Source: Deltaproteobacteria bacterium
Lineage (GTDB): Bacteria; Myxococcota_A; Polyangia; Polyangiales; Sandaracinaceae
Reading direction: 5' to 3'
Length of the DNA: 64,000 nucleotides
Assembly: GCA_046342295.1 (NCBI GenBank)
Contig: JBKDQC010000599.1
Coordinates: 531-64,530 of the forward strand
Shown here: piece after piece, positions 8,960-18,170 of the stretch
Layout: each line of letters begins with the position of its first letter
Position numbering within the stretch: position 1 is the first letter of the stretch
Translations under genes and position numbers: made by a program
Notes under the pieces: model-generated
The model's input: the letters and a program-made list of their open reading frames with translations, nothing else
Told to the model about the DNA's origin: nothing
Databases searched by the model: none

Positions 8960-10087
8960 ATGACGCGCGCACTCCGAGACGCCCGGACCCTGCCACGAGC
9001 GCTCGCGCGCGCGGCTGCGGTGTGTGTCGTGGCCTCGGCCGCGCTGTTCTGGCCCGGCGGTGCGCGCTGGCCTGGCGCGCGCTGGAGCGCCCGCGCGCTC
9101 GGGCAGGAGGCCCCGGCTCGAGGCGTGGTCGGCGCGCTCCCGGCCGAGCAGGCCCTGGTCCTGCGGCCCGCGCCCTCGCTCGAGACGATCGCGAGGGAGG
9201 TGAGGGAGATCCTCGCCTTGAGGGCGCCCGTGCCCGTCGTCCTCGGCGAGCCCACGCCCGAGGGGGCCCCGGATCTCGTCAACGCCGCGGAGGTGGGGAT
9301 CTCGGTCACCGACGCTCGCACGACACAAGAGATCCTCGACGGGCGCTCCGCAGGGGACATGCGGGTGCGCATCGTGCTCGGCGCGCCCGACCGCGTGACG
9401 TACGCGACCGAGCTCACGACGAGCCAGGCCCTGCCCACCTCGGCGCGCTCGATCGCGCTCGCCATCCTCGCGCTCCGGGACAGCGCCCTCGTCGGCCGCG
9501 ACCCGAGCGTGCCGGTGGATCCGAACGGGCCCAGCTACACCTACCGCGTGCCGCGCGACGGGCCCCTCGGGCCGCTGCCGTCGCTCACGCCCTCCATCCG
9601 GCCCGCGCTCGTGTTCCGCTTCCTCGTCGGCGCCTCCGTGGCGCGGAGCACGGCGCTCGTCGGCTTCGGGCTCGGCGTGGGCCTCTGTCTGCGTCGCGAC
9701 TGTCTGCTCCTCGAGGCCGACCTCCCGCTCCTCTTCGACGAGAGCGACCGCGACGCGCGGCGCAGCATCGACTACCGCCCCAGCGCGCTCGGTCTGCGCG
9801 TCATGCTGCGACCGCTCGTGGTCGACGACGTGAGCTTCGGCTTCGCGATCGGGCCGATCCTCCGGCTCGGAAACGCGAGCGTGCTCGACGCGACGTGGAC
9901 CGTCACGACCGCGGGGATGCGCGGAACGCTCGCTGGGGCGTGGGAATTCGTCGACCGCGTGGAGTGGCTCGTGGAGCTCGGCCTCGACGCGGCGCTCGAG
10001 CTGGCGCGCTTGTCGGTCGCTGGTCTCGTGATCCGCGAGGACGTCGTCACGCCGTGGGCGGTGCTGGCGCTCCGCCTCCGCCCATGA
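8960..10087 (+). CDS. hypothetical secreted protein
   Basis: The internal ATG gives a signal-like N-terminus, ARAAAVCVVASAALFWPGGA. Composition is natural, while the opposite-strand ORF is Arg/Glu/His-rich junk. Confidence 0.6.
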   Translation: MTRALRDARTLPRALARAAAVCVVASAALFWPGGARWPGARWSARALGQEAPARGVVGALPAEQALVLRPAPSLETIAREVREILALRAPVPVVLGEPTPEGAPDLVNAAEVGISVTDARTTQEILDGRSAGDMRVRIVLGAPDRVTYATELTTSQALPTSARSIALAILALRDSALVGRDPSVPVDPNGPSYTYRVPRDGPLGPLPSLTPSIRPALVFRFLVGASVARSTALVGFGLGVGLCLRRDCLLLEADLPLLFDESDRDARRSIDYRPSALGLRVMLRPLVVDDVSFGFAIGPILRLGNASVLDATWTVTTAGMRGTLAGAWEFVDRVEWLVELGLDAALELARLSVAGLVIREDVVTPWAVLALRLRP

Positions 10088-10138
10088 GGGCCGCCGCTTT
10101 CTTGGAGAAGAGATCGCGCGGGGCCTAGGGTCGTCGCC

Positions 10139-10813
10139 ATGCGTCTCCACTCCTTCGCGATCTCCACGGTTCTCTCTCTCTCCGCGGGCGCCGCGCTCCT
10201 CGGGCCTGGCTCGGGCTGCGGCATGATGCAGGGGCTCGCGCCCGAGACGCGCCTGCAGGATCACGTGTACATGCTCAACGACGAGGCGCGCTGGGGCCGC
10301 GTCGACCTCGCCGCGAGCCGGTGCGCCCGTTCGTACCGCGAGGCGTTCGTGCGCAGCCACCGGCGCTGGGGTCGCACCGTGGCGATCGGCGACGTGGAGA
10401 TCACGAACATCGCGATGCTGCAGGGTGGCGCGCAGTCGCTCGTCACCTACAGCTGGATCGACCAGAGCACGCAGGAGCTTCACGCGACGACGGTGCGACA
10501 GAGCTGGGTCGGAGACGGCGACGGCTTCGCGCTCGCCGGAGAGGACATCATCGCTGGCGAGGACGGTCTCTTCCTCGACGTGCCCGGCGGCCCGCACCGC
10601 CTCCTCGAAGAGGAAGAAGACGGAGTGCTCACGCTCGGTGACGACGACGCGATCCCCACCGAGGCCGAGCTCGACCGCGAGGCGCATGGCGCGCCGGAGC
10701 CTCTGTCCTCCGCCGGGGCGCCTTCAGGCGAGCGCGAACAGACGCCAGGCGAGCGCGCGCTCGCGAATTCGCGGCCGCGCCGCATCGACTCGCAGGGTCG
10801 CGCGGTCGATTGA
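10139..10813 (+). CDS. lipoprotein, hypothetical
   Basis: Signal peptide plus lipobox LLGPGSGC, with an acidic C-terminal tail. Confidence 0.75.
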   Translation: MRLHSFAISTVLSLSAGAALLGPGSGCGMMQGLAPETRLQDHVYMLNDEARWGRVDLAASRCARSYREAFVRSHRRWGRTVAIGDVEITNIAMLQGGAQSLVTYSWIDQSTQELHATTVRQSWVGDGDGFALAGEDIIAGEDGLFLDVPGGPHRLLEEEEDGVLTLGDDDAIPTEAELDREAHGAPEPLSSAGAPSGEREQTPGERALANSRPRRIDSQGRAVD

Positions 10814-10849
10814 TCCTCCAGATCCGCGGCCGGCGAGGCCGCGCGACTG

Positions 10850-11491
10850 TCAGCGCCGGATCAGCCGGAACGTGAGGTTCATGCGCGGGCCGACGGTCCG
10901 GGCGGTCCGCGGGATCGCGTGCTGGAAGCGCCGCTGGGTGCTGCCGCCCATCACGAGGAGCGAGCCCTCTCCGAGCTCGAGCTCGTGTCGCTCCTTCGGG
11001 CGACGACGATGCCGGATTACGAAGCGGCGACGGGCCCCGAGCGAGACCGACGCGATCAGCACGTCGCGCGGCGCGTCGGGGCCGAGCTCGGGCTCGTCGT
11101 CGGCGTGCCAACCCATGGCGTCGCGGCCGTCGCGGTAGTGGTTGACCAGCACGCAGTCGAAGCGCACGCCGGTCGCCTCGCGGACGGTCTCGCGCGCGCG
11201 CTCGAGCCCCGCGGTCCACGGACGCGGCTCGAAGCGTCTGCCCGAGTAGCCGTAGGCCGCGTGCGGCTCGCCGTGAAACGACACGAGGCGCGGCGTGAGC
11301 ACGTCCTTGCCGAAGATCACGAGCGCCTCGGGCGCGAGGGGAAGCTCGCCCACGAGCGCATGCATCATCGCCTCGTGATCGCGAAACACTTCGGGGACGA
11401 GCGCGATCCATGCGTCCTCGCCGAGCTCGGTCCCATGCTCGGCGCGGAGCGAAGCGAGGCGGCAGGAGGCGAGGGCCGGCGCCGAGTTCAT
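10850..11491 (-). CDS. alkB: alpha-ketoglutarate-dependent dioxygenase AlkB
   Basis: VNHYRDGRDAMGWHADDE...SLGARRRF...GSLLVMGGSTQRRFQHAIP...RMNLTFR. The start overlaps the upstream stop as ATGA. Confidence 0.9.
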   Translation of the reverse strand: MNSAPALASCRLASLRAEHGTELGEDAWIALVPEVFRDHEAMMHALVGELPLAPEALVIFGKDVLTPRLVSFHGEPHAAYGYSGRRFEPRPWTAGLERARETVREATGVRFDCVLVNHYRDGRDAMGWHADDEPELGPDAPRDVLIASVSLGARRRFVIRHRRRPKERHELELGEGSLLVMGGSTQRRFQHAIPRTARTVGPRMNLTFRLIRR

Positions 11492-12408
11492 GCCGTCATG
11501 CCCGCCAGCACCTCGACGAGGTCCCGCGTGACCTCCTCGCGGTTGGTCTCGTTCAGCATCTCGTGGCGAGCCTCGGGGTAGAGCCGGAGGCTCGTGCGCG
11601 TGAGTCCTGCGCTGCGCAGTCGATCGTGGAGCTCCACCACACCTTTGCCGCCGCGCGAGACCGGATCGCGGTCGCCTGCCAGGAGGTGCACGGGGAAGTC
11701 CTTGGGCACCGTGCCGAAGCCCCCCGTCGCGATCGCGTGGAGGCCCTCGAGCAGCTGGACCCACAGCTCGTTCGTGCAGCGAAAACCGCAGCGCGGATCG
11801 GCCACGTAGCGGTCCACCTCGGCAGGATCGCGAGAGAGCCAGTCGAATTCGGTGCGGGCGGGCTTGAACGCGTCGTTGAAGGAGCCGAACGAGAGGAAGG
11901 CGAGGAGGGCGCTCTTGCCTCGCAGCCCTCCGCGCAGGCGCTCGAGGCGCGCAACCGCGGTGCCCGCGCGCTCGAGCACCGAGCCAGGCGCGTTCGTCCC
12001 CGAGAGGATCATCGCGTCGTACTCCCGCGCGCTCCGCTGGAGGATCGCCTGGCCGAAGAAGGAGCCCATCGAGTGGCCGAAGTAGACCAGCTTCTTGCCG
12101 GGATGCTCGCTCTTCGCGCGCGCCCCGAGCGCGAGCAGATCGGAGAGGACACGCTCCCAGCCGCGCTCGTCTCCGAAATGACCGAGCTCTCTCTCCTCGG
12201 CGGTCTTTCCGTGTCCGCGGTGATCATCGGCGTACACCGCGTAGCCCGCGGCCGTCAGCGCCTCGGCAAAGCGCGCGTAGCGGGCCGCGTGCTCGGCCAT
12301 GCCGTGCGCGATCTGCACGATCGCCCGGACTTCGCCCTCCGGGAGCCAGCGGTAGACGTGGATCGAGGCGCCGTCGCGGGCGCTCAGGGTGAAGGTCTCG
12401 GCGCGCAT
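11488..12408 (-). CDS. alpha/beta hydrolase (lysophospholipase / monoacylglycerol lipase-like)
   Basis: Has HGMAEH, DHRGHGKT, the nucleophile elbow GHSMGS, and GDRDPV...ARHEMLNE. Confidence 0.85.
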   Translation of the reverse strand: MRAETFTLSARDGASIHVYRWLPEGEVRAIVQIAHGMAEHAARYARFAEALTAAGYAVYADDHRGHGKTAEERELGHFGDERGWERVLSDLLALGARAKSEHPGKKLVYFGHSMGSFFGQAILQRSAREYDAMILSGTNAPGSVLERAGTAVARLERLRGGLRGKSALLAFLSFGSFNDAFKPARTEFDWLSRDPAEVDRYVADPRCGFRCTNELWVQLLEGLHAIATGGFGTVPKDFPVHLLAGDRDPVSRGGKGVVELHDRLRSAGLTRTSLRLYPEARHEMLNETNREEVTRDLVEVLAGMTA

Positions 12409-12529
12409 GGAGGAGCCAAGATACCGCGCGGCCGGGGCGCGTCGATGCACACGCGCGGGCGCGGTGTGGGGACGCGCGAGCGACTGCGCCGAGACGCGGG
12501 GCCGCAGCTTCGCTGCGACGCAGAGACGC

Positions 12530-13918
12530 TCACCGCGCGACGTGGTCCGCGAGTTCGAGGCGCTTCATGCGCCGCCACAAGGTCGTGCGGCTGATGCCCA
12601 GCGCGCGCGCGGCGCGCCCGAGGTGTCCGGAGCTGACCGAGAGCGCACGGGTGATGCGTGCTCGCTCCGCGGCGTCGGCCGCGGGCTCGATGCGGGTGAG
12701 GGGCTGCTCGGCGTCGGGCAGGCTGGCACCTTCGGTCTCTGCGGCGTCGCCTCGCGCGACCTCCTCCGGTAGATCGCTCGTCGAGACCACGTCGTGCTCG
12801 CCGACGACGAGCGCGTACTCGAGCGCGTTGCGCAGCTCGCGAACGTTGCCGGGCCACGGGTACTGGCGCATGACGCGCTGAGCGTCCTCGTCGATCCGCG
12901 AGACGACCCCGTCGGGCCGCGCCGCGCCTTCCGCCTGCAGATTCTCGAGCAGCCTCGCGGCGAGGAAGGGGATGTCCTCGGGACGCTCCCGCAGCGGCGG
13001 GATCCGCAGCGGCACGACGCGGAGGCGATACATGAGGTCTGCCCGAAAGCGTCCCTCGGCGACGAGGGTCCTCAGCGATCGATGGGTCGCCGCCACGATG
13101 CGTACGTCCACCGCCACCGCGTCGCGTGAGCCGACCGGCGTGACCGTACGCGTCTCGAGCACGCGAAGGAGCTTGGCCTGGAGATCGATGGGCAGCTCGG
13201 CGATCTCGTCGAGGAAGAGCGTGCCTCCGTGCGCGGCGCGGAAGAACCCCTCGTGATCGCGCACCGCGCCCGTGAAGGCGCCTCTCTTGTGGCCGAAGAG
13301 CTCGCTCTCGAGCAGCGCCGCAGGGAGCGCCGCGCAGTTGATCGCGCGGAACGGCCCGCGGCTTCGTCGCGACAGGGCGTGGATCGCATGCGCGACGAGC
13401 TCCTTGCCCACGCCGCTCTCGCCCCGGACGAGGATCGTGGCATCGCGCTGCGCCGCACGTTTCATTACGCGAAACATCTGTTTCATGCGCGGGCTGCGGG
13501 TGGCGATGCCCTCGAGCACCTCCGGTGCGTCGCCGGTGAGGCCGGGGTCGACCTCTTCGAGCGTGAGGACGAAGCCGAGGCTCGGCTCGATGGGGTGCGC
13601 CCTCACGAAGAGGTGCTGGAGCGAGCCATCCACGCGCGGCCGCAGGACCATGGTCGAGACTGCCTGACCGCGCGCGAGCGCTTGCGCGACGGGCCTCTCG
13701 AGGCGATCGCCGCAGAGCGCGTCCACCGCGCGCATCCCCACCGTGATGGGCGTGCCGAGCAGGCTCTCGGTCTCGCGCGAGCCCGCGCGCACGGTCAGCT
13801 CGCGGTCGATGACGAGCACGGCACCACCGAGCACCGACAGAGCCCCGGAGAGGAGCGCTGCGCCCACCTTCACGTCCGGCGATGAAACATCGGCTCGCCT
13901 CGTTTCACGACGCACCAT
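12530..13918 (-). CDS. sigma-54-dependent transcriptional activator (PAS-like sensor + AAA+ + Fis-type HTH)
   Basis: Has GESGVGKE, ESELFGHKRGAFTGA, RVVPLRIPPLRER, WPGNVRELRN, and a C-terminal HTH reading RAARALGISRTTLWRRMK. Alternative GTG starts at 13873/13867 would place the TGAAAC motif upstream of the gene. Confidence 0.9.
   Translation of the reverse strand: MVRRETRRADVSSPDVKVGAALLSGALSVLGGAVLVIDRELTVRAGSRETESLLGTPITVGMRAVDALCGDRLERPVAQALARGQAVSTMVLRPRVDGSLQHLFVRAHPIEPSLGFVLTLEEVDPGLTGDAPEVLEGIATRSPRMKQMFRVMKRAAQRDATILVRGESGVGKELVAHAIHALSRRSRGPFRAINCAALPAALLESELFGHKRGAFTGAVRDHEGFFRAAHGGTLFLDEIAELPIDLQAKLLRVLETRTVTPVGSRDAVAVDVRIVAATHRSLRTLVAEGRFRADLMYRLRVVPLRIPPLRERPEDIPFLAARLLENLQAEGAARPDGVVSRIDEDAQRVMRQYPWPGNVRELRNALEYALVVGEHDVVSTSDLPEEVARGDAAETEGASLPDAEQPLTRIEPAADAAERARITRALSVSSGHLGRAARALGISRTTLWRRMKRLELADHVAR
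13879..13907 (+). promoter_or_regulatory. candidate activator-binding site: GCGATGAAACA ... GTTTCA inverted repeat
   Basis: gcgatgaaacatcggctcgcctcgtttca. The 11-mer is shared with 15090 and 17748. Confidence 0.4.
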
Positions 13919-14020
13919 GGCGGAGCCTACCACGCGCTCTCGCGCGCCTCGTCCCCGAGGTCGTCGGCGACGCGCCCGCCGTGAGCGAAGGCTCGATGCA
14001 GGAAGGAGAGCGCCGATGCG

Positions 14021-14062
14021 CCCGCACCCGCGCATCGAGGAGCCGAGTGCCACGTGCTCTCA
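14021..14062 (-). repeat. partial copy (stop-proximal arm) of the multi-hairpin repeat family
   Basis: cccgcacccgcgcatcgaggagccgagtgccacgtgctctca aligns with the ends of the copies at 32031..32072 and 57527..57568. The terminal tca is the TauE stop codon. Confidence 0.7.
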
Positions 14063-15013
14063 GGTGGAGGGGTTCTCTCGCGCCACCTTGGTCTGCTCGA
14101 GGACGCGGGCGATCAGCGCCACGAAGGCGACGCCGACGGCGGTCCCTGCGAGCACCCACGGCATCGGCGGCTCGAGCCCGAGCGCACGCGGGATCTCCTG
14201 CCCGAGGATGAAGAACGCCATCGCGACGACGAACCACGCGAAGCCCTTGCGCAGACCCTCCGGCGACAGGCGGCTCGCCAGCGCGCCGCCGCCGACGCTG
14301 CCGACCACGGCGGCGGCCGCCACGAGGCCCGCGAGGGACCAGTCGATGTGCGCGTGCCCCAGGTAGCCCGCGAAGCCCGCGAGCGAGTTCATCGCGATGA
14401 CGACGAGCGAGGTGCCGACCGCCACCTCCATCGAGAGGCCTCCGAGCAGCACGAGCGCGGGGACCACCAGGAAGCCTCCGCCTGCCCCCACGAGGCCCGT
14501 GACCGCGCCCACGACGAGGCCTTCGCCGAGGACCTTGAGGACCGGCAGCGGAGGTAGCGCCACGCCCGGCACGCGATCGGCGCTCCCTGACGCGTGGCCG
14601 TCGGTGCCGCCGGCGGTCTTGCGCCCGCGCATCATCGCGAACGCCGTCACCATCATCATCAACCCGAAGAGGCCGAGCAGCACCGAGCTCGGGATGAAGT
14701 GGGCCACACGCCCCGCTCCGAACGCGCCGAGCATGCCCGCGAGACCGAACACGATCCCCGTGCGCCACTGCACGCGGCCCCTTCGCGCGTGGGGCACGAT
14801 CGCCGCTGCGCTCGTGGTCCCGACCACGAAGAGCGAGACGGCGATCGCGTCGTGCGCCTCCATCCCCAGCACGTAGCGGAGGATGGACAGCGTGAGGATG
14901 GAGCCCCCGCCCCCGAGCAAGCCGAGACAGAGGCCGATGAAGAGCGCGAGGATGGCCGCGAGGACGATCACGGTCGCGGGCTCTTCAAGTCGCGCGCCAA
15001 CGTGAGCGGGCAT
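14060..15013 (-). CDS. sulfite exporter TauE/SafE family membrane protein
   Basis: Two repeated halves carry [10 protein letters not shown] and [16 protein letters not shown] motifs, with about 8 TM helices. Confidence 0.85.
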   Translation of the reverse strand: MPAHVGARLEEPATVIVLAAILALFIGLCLGLLGGGGSILTLSILRYVLGMEAHDAIAVSLFVVGTTSAAAIVPHARRGRVQWRTGIVFGLAGMLGAFGAGRVAHFIPSSVLLGLFGLMMMVTAFAMMRGRKTAGGTDGHASGSADRVPGVALPPLPVLKVLGEGLVVGAVTGLVGAGGGFLVVPALVLLGGLSMEVAVGTSLVVIAMNSLAGFAGYLGHAHIDWSLAGLVAAAAVVGSVGGGALASRLSPEGLRKGFAWFVVAMAFFILGQEIPRALGLEPPMPWVLAGTAVGVAFVALIARVLEQTKVARENPST

Positions 15014-15089
15014 CGTCCTCGAACGTACGCCCGGCTTCCCTGGGCATCGCGTGGGCGGCCGTCGTTGTGCAGCCCCGGACACAGGACTC

Positions 15090-15109
15090 GCGATGAAACA
15101 TCATGGAAC
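15090..15109 (+). promoter_or_regulatory. candidate activator-binding site (UAS): GCGATGAAACAtcaTGGAAC inside an imperfect palindrome
   Basis: gcgatgaaacatcatggaacatgatcttcatc. It lies about 105-125 bp upstream of the -24 element at 15214. Confidence 0.45.
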
Positions 15110-15213
15110 ATGATCTTCATCCGCGTGGAACGTCGCGTGACACTGCCCGGCAGCCGTCGAGACGCGCGGCGCCGCAGGCGCACGAAACCAGCCGGGGGGC
15201 GCTGGCGTCGTGG

Positions 15214-15229
15214 TGGCACGGACACTGCT
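15214..15229 (+). promoter_or_regulatory. sigma-54 (-24/-12) promoter
   Basis: TGGCACGgacaCTGCtt against the consensus TGGCACG-N4-TTGCW; the GG and GC spacing is correct. Confidence 0.65.
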
Positions 15230-15240
15230 TCTGGCGGGGC

Positions 15241-15672
15241 ATGGACGTGTCTTGGATGTTGCGAGGTGCCGTCGGTGGTGCGCTGGTGGGTCTCAGCGCG
15301 TCGCTCCTCCTCGTGCTCAACGGCCGGGTGGCCGGTATCAGTGGAATCGTCCACGCCCTCACGCAACCCGTCCGCGGGCTCGAACTGTCGTGGCGCGCGT
15401 GGTTCGTCCTCGGCCTGGTGGCTGGCGGGCTCGGGGCTGCGGCGATGCTGCCGCACGCCGAGGTGACAAGCCCGTCGCTGCTCGTCTCCGTGGTGGCCGG
15501 CGCGCTCGTCGGCGTCGGCACGCGCCTCGGCAACGGCTGCACGAGCGGACACGGCGTCTGCGGCCTCAGCCGCCTCTCGGGACGCTCGCTCGTCGCCACG
15601 CTCACGTTCATCACCACCGGTGCGATCGCGGTGCTCGTGATGCGCGGCCTGGGTGCAGGAGAGGCCCCGTGA
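15241..15672 (+). CDS. YeeE/YedE family sulfur-transport membrane protein (half-size)
   Basis: GLSASLLLVLNGRVAGISGIV and GNGCTSGHGVCGLSRLS motifs. The ATG at 15256 is an alternative start, given the promoter position. Confidence 0.82.
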   Translation: MDVSWMLRGAVGGALVGLSASLLLVLNGRVAGISGIVHALTQPVRGLELSWRAWFVLGLVAGGLGAAAMLPHAEVTSPSLLVSVVAGALVGVGTRLGNGCTSGHGVCGLSRLSGRSLVATLTFITTGAIAVLVMRGLGAGEAP

Positions 15673-16181
15673 GCGCGACGTCGCCGCCCCCGAGGCCCGC
15701 CGCCTTCACCATGGTGGGTCTGTTCTCCGGTCTGCTCTTCGGCACAGGCCTGGTCGTCGGAGGCATGACCGACCCTGCCAAGGTGCGTGGTTTCTTGGAC
15801 TTCGCGGGCGCCTGGGACCCGACGCTCGTCTTCGTCATGGGCGGCGCCGTGCTCGTGCATGCGGTGGCTTACCGTCTCGTGAAGGGCCGCGCCTTCCCCG
15901 TGCTCGCCGAGACGTTCCTGCTCCCCGCGCGAACGGACGTGGACGCCAAGCTCATCCTCGGCGCCGCGATCTTCGGGCTCGGCTGGGGCGTCGGCGGCTA
16001 TTGCCCCGGCCCGGCGATCGCGAGCCTCCCGACCGGGGGCGCGAGCGTGGTCGCCTTCGTGGTCGCGATGATGGCCGGCTCTTGGGCGACGGGACGGCTC
16101 GAGGCCCGGAGCGGCACGCGCGCTGCAACCTCGATCGCACGTGCGGACGACGCGCCCGCGCGCGACGGTCCGACACGCTGA
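15669..16181 (+). CDS. YeeE/YedE family membrane protein (second half-size paralogue)
   Basis: GLLFGTGLVVGGMTDPAKVRGFLDF...GLGWGVGGYCPGPA. GTGA overlap with the upstream stop; the alternative ATG is at 15711. Confidence 0.8.
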   Translation: MSATSPPPRPAAFTMVGLFSGLLFGTGLVVGGMTDPAKVRGFLDFAGAWDPTLVFVMGGAVLVHAVAYRLVKGRAFPVLAETFLLPARTDVDAKLILGAAIFGLGWGVGGYCPGPAIASLPTGGASVVAFVVAMMAGSWATGRLEARSGTRAATSIARADDAPARDGPTR

Positions 16182-16218
16182 CTCGGACACCGCCCCACGG
16201 GCTTCTGGAGAGACCACC

Positions 16219-17325
16219 ATGCTGTTTCGTCAGCTCTACGATCTCGACTCTTCGACCTACACGTACCTCCTGGCAGACGAGGCCAGCCGCGACGCGGTGA
16301 TCATCGATCCGGTGCTCGAGAACGTGGAGCGGGACCTCGGCCTCGTGCGTGATCTCGGTCTCGGCCTGCGCTACGCGCTCGACACCCACGTCCACGCCGA
16401 CCACGTCACCGCGCTCGGCACGCTGCGCGACAAGACTGGCTGTCAGACCGTGCTCGCGGAGCGCGCCGGCGTGGGGATCGCCGACGTGTACGTCAAAGAC
16501 GGCGACCGCCTGAGGTTCGGCCGCCACGGGCTCGAGGCGCGCGAGACCCCGGGGCACACGAACGGATGCGTGACCTACGTCCTCGACGATCACTCGATGG
16601 CTTTCACCGGCGATGCCCTGCTCATCCGCGGCTCGGGCCGCACCGACTTCCAGCAAGGCGACGCGGCGACACTCTACCGCTCGGTCCACGGGCGGATCTT
16701 CTCCCTCCCGCAATCCTGTCTCCTCTATCCGGGACACGACTACAAAGGACGCACCGTCACCAGTGTCGAGGAAGAAAGGCGCCTCAATCCGCGCCTCGGG
16801 GGCGGCAAGACCGTCGCGGAATTCGTCGACATCATGACAAATCTCCAGCTCGCCTATCCCAAGAAGATCGACGTGGCCGTGCCCGCGAACCTGCAACTCG
16901 GTCTGAGAGATCTGCCGGTCTCTGCAGAGCCACGGGAGGAGGCCCGCTGGGCGCCCGTCGAGCGCACGGCGGCGGGCATCCCCGAGATCACGGTCGAGTG
17001 GGTGGCAGCGAACCGGGGCGCGGGGAGGCTGATCGACGTCCGCGAGTCCGACGAGCTCGTCTCGGAGCTGGGTCGGATCGACGGAGTCGAGCACGTCCCG
17101 CTCGCCGAGATCATGTCGGCCGCGAGCGGGTGGAGCCGCGAGTTGCCGCTTCTGATCGTGTGTCGCTCGGGCGGTCGCTCGGGAAAAGCCGCGCTCCAGC
17201 TCGAGGGAGTGGGCTTTTCCCGCGTGGCGTCGGTGCGAGGGGGCATGATCGAGTGGAACCGCGCACGATTGCCCATCACCCTGCCGGACCTCGCGCCCGT
17301 GACCGAGCATGGAGTCGGCAGATGA
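16219..17325 (+). CDS. persulfide dioxygenase (ETHE1-like metallo-beta-lactamase fold) fused to a rhodanese domain
   Basis: THVHADH, ETPGHTNGCVTY, GDALLIRGSGRTDF and GHDY motifs, followed by a C-terminal CRSGGRS rhodanese active-site loop. Confidence 0.9.
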   Translation: MLFRQLYDLDSSTYTYLLADEASRDAVIIDPVLENVERDLGLVRDLGLGLRYALDTHVHADHVTALGTLRDKTGCQTVLAERAGVGIADVYVKDGDRLRFGRHGLEARETPGHTNGCVTYVLDDHSMAFTGDALLIRGSGRTDFQQGDAATLYRSVHGRIFSLPQSCLLYPGHDYKGRTVTSVEEERRLNPRLGGGKTVAEFVDIMTNLQLAYPKKIDVAVPANLQLGLRDLPVSAEPREEARWAPVERTAAGIPEITVEWVAANRGAGRLIDVRESDELVSELGRIDGVEHVPLAEIMSAASGWSRELPLLIVCRSGGRSGKAALQLEGVGFSRVASVRGGMIEWNRARLPITLPDLAPVTEHGVGR

Positions 17326-17347
17326 AGACCACGGCGCTCACGAGGGT

Positions 17348-17635
17348 TCAGTACGAAGACATGGGACCGACGTCGAGCACCGCGTGGCCACGTCCACGGA
17401 GCATCTGCGCCGCGACCGCGCTCCGGCCTCCCGACCGGCAGTAGACGACGACCTCTCGTCCCTTCGCGATCTCGCCGATTCGGTTGCCGAGATCCTGCAC
17501 GGGGATGTTGAGCGCACCCTCGACGTGGCCCTCGGAGAATTCCCCGGGAGTCCGGACATCGAGCAGCAGGGCGCCGCGGGCGACGCGGCCGCGCGCATCT
17601 TCGTTCGGGGTGGAGCGACGGAACAGCGAGAACAT
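17348..17635 (-). CDS. single-domain rhodanese-like sulfurtransferase
   Basis: LLLDVRTPGEFSEGHVEGALNIP...VVVYCRSGGRSAVAA. A GAGAGGAG Shine-Dalgarno sequence precedes the ATG. Confidence 0.85.
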   Translation of the reverse strand: MFSLFRRSTPNEDARGRVARGALLLDVRTPGEFSEGHVEGALNIPVQDLGNRIGEIAKGREVVVYCRSGGRSAVAAQMLRGRGHAVLDVGPMSSY

Positions 17636-17685
17636 GGCGAGCTCCTCTCGTCTCGCGGAGCAGAGGGCGAGACTCCCCCGAGCTT

Positions 17686-17701
17686 CGCGAGGTTCGTGCC
17701 A
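17686..17701 (-). promoter_or_regulatory. sigma-54 (-24/-12) promoter for the rhodanese gene
   Basis: The minus strand reads TGGCACGaaccTCGCg. It sits about 50 nt upstream of the start codon. Confidence 0.6.
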
Positions 17702-17740
17702 CCGCCCATCACGCGCGGATCCACGGGAGATCGACGCGCT

Positions 17741-17767
17741 GTTCCATGCGATGAAACAATGTGAAAC
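17741..17767 (+). promoter_or_regulatory. candidate activator-binding site (UAS): GTTCCA-tGCGATGAAACAatgTGAAAC
   Basis: gttccatgcgatgaaacaatgtgaaac, lying 40-66 bp beyond the -24 element at 17701. Confidence 0.45.
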
Positions 17768-17810
17768 GATGTCGCGTACGGCATCGCGCGGGCGTCTCGG
17801 CGCGTGGGCC

Positions 17811-18170
17811 TGGGAGCCCACGTCACTCGCCACGATCCGAGTGAGGCGTGCGCGGTTCGGCGGGAGGGGGGCCCCAACGGATGCTGTCGGCGGAGCTCGA
17901 AGCCCGCCAGGCCCTTCCTTCGGACGAGCATGGGAGCCGCTCGGCGCCGGTCGCATCGCGACGGAGGGAGCGCGCGAACTGCGGGAGGCGAGGATCCACG
18001 GCGTCAACGGCGGCCACCGTCGTCCTTCGGCTGCTCCCGCCTCCTGTTGCGGGCCCTCCCCCCTCGCCCTCCCGCAAGCGGGATCTCGTGCTGGGCCGGC
18101 GCGTTGTGCTCTGCACCCGATTCACTCGGCGAGAGGGAGGGGCTGCGGGCGGACCCTCCGCCAAGAAGGA
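17811..18170 (+). repeat. nest of degenerate copies of the multi-hairpin repeat family (opposite orientation)
   Basis: 18117..18148 is identical to the reverse complement of a 32-nt stretch of the 57.4-kb copy. 17811..17870 and 17931..17975 resemble the stop-proximal arm. Confidence 0.6.

Noticed and set aside
15014-15089. A possible sigma-54 promoter for the TauE gene on the minus strand (tgtgtccggggctgcac).
   Set aside because: It has no GG dinucleotide at -24 and only the TGCA half fits. It could not be supported.
15103-15240. The 46-codon N-terminal extension of the first YeeE/YedE ORF.
   Set aside because: The extension is Arg/Ala/His-rich and contains the sigma-54 promoter at 15214..15229. 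The family-typical N-terminus starts at the ATG at 15241 or 15256.
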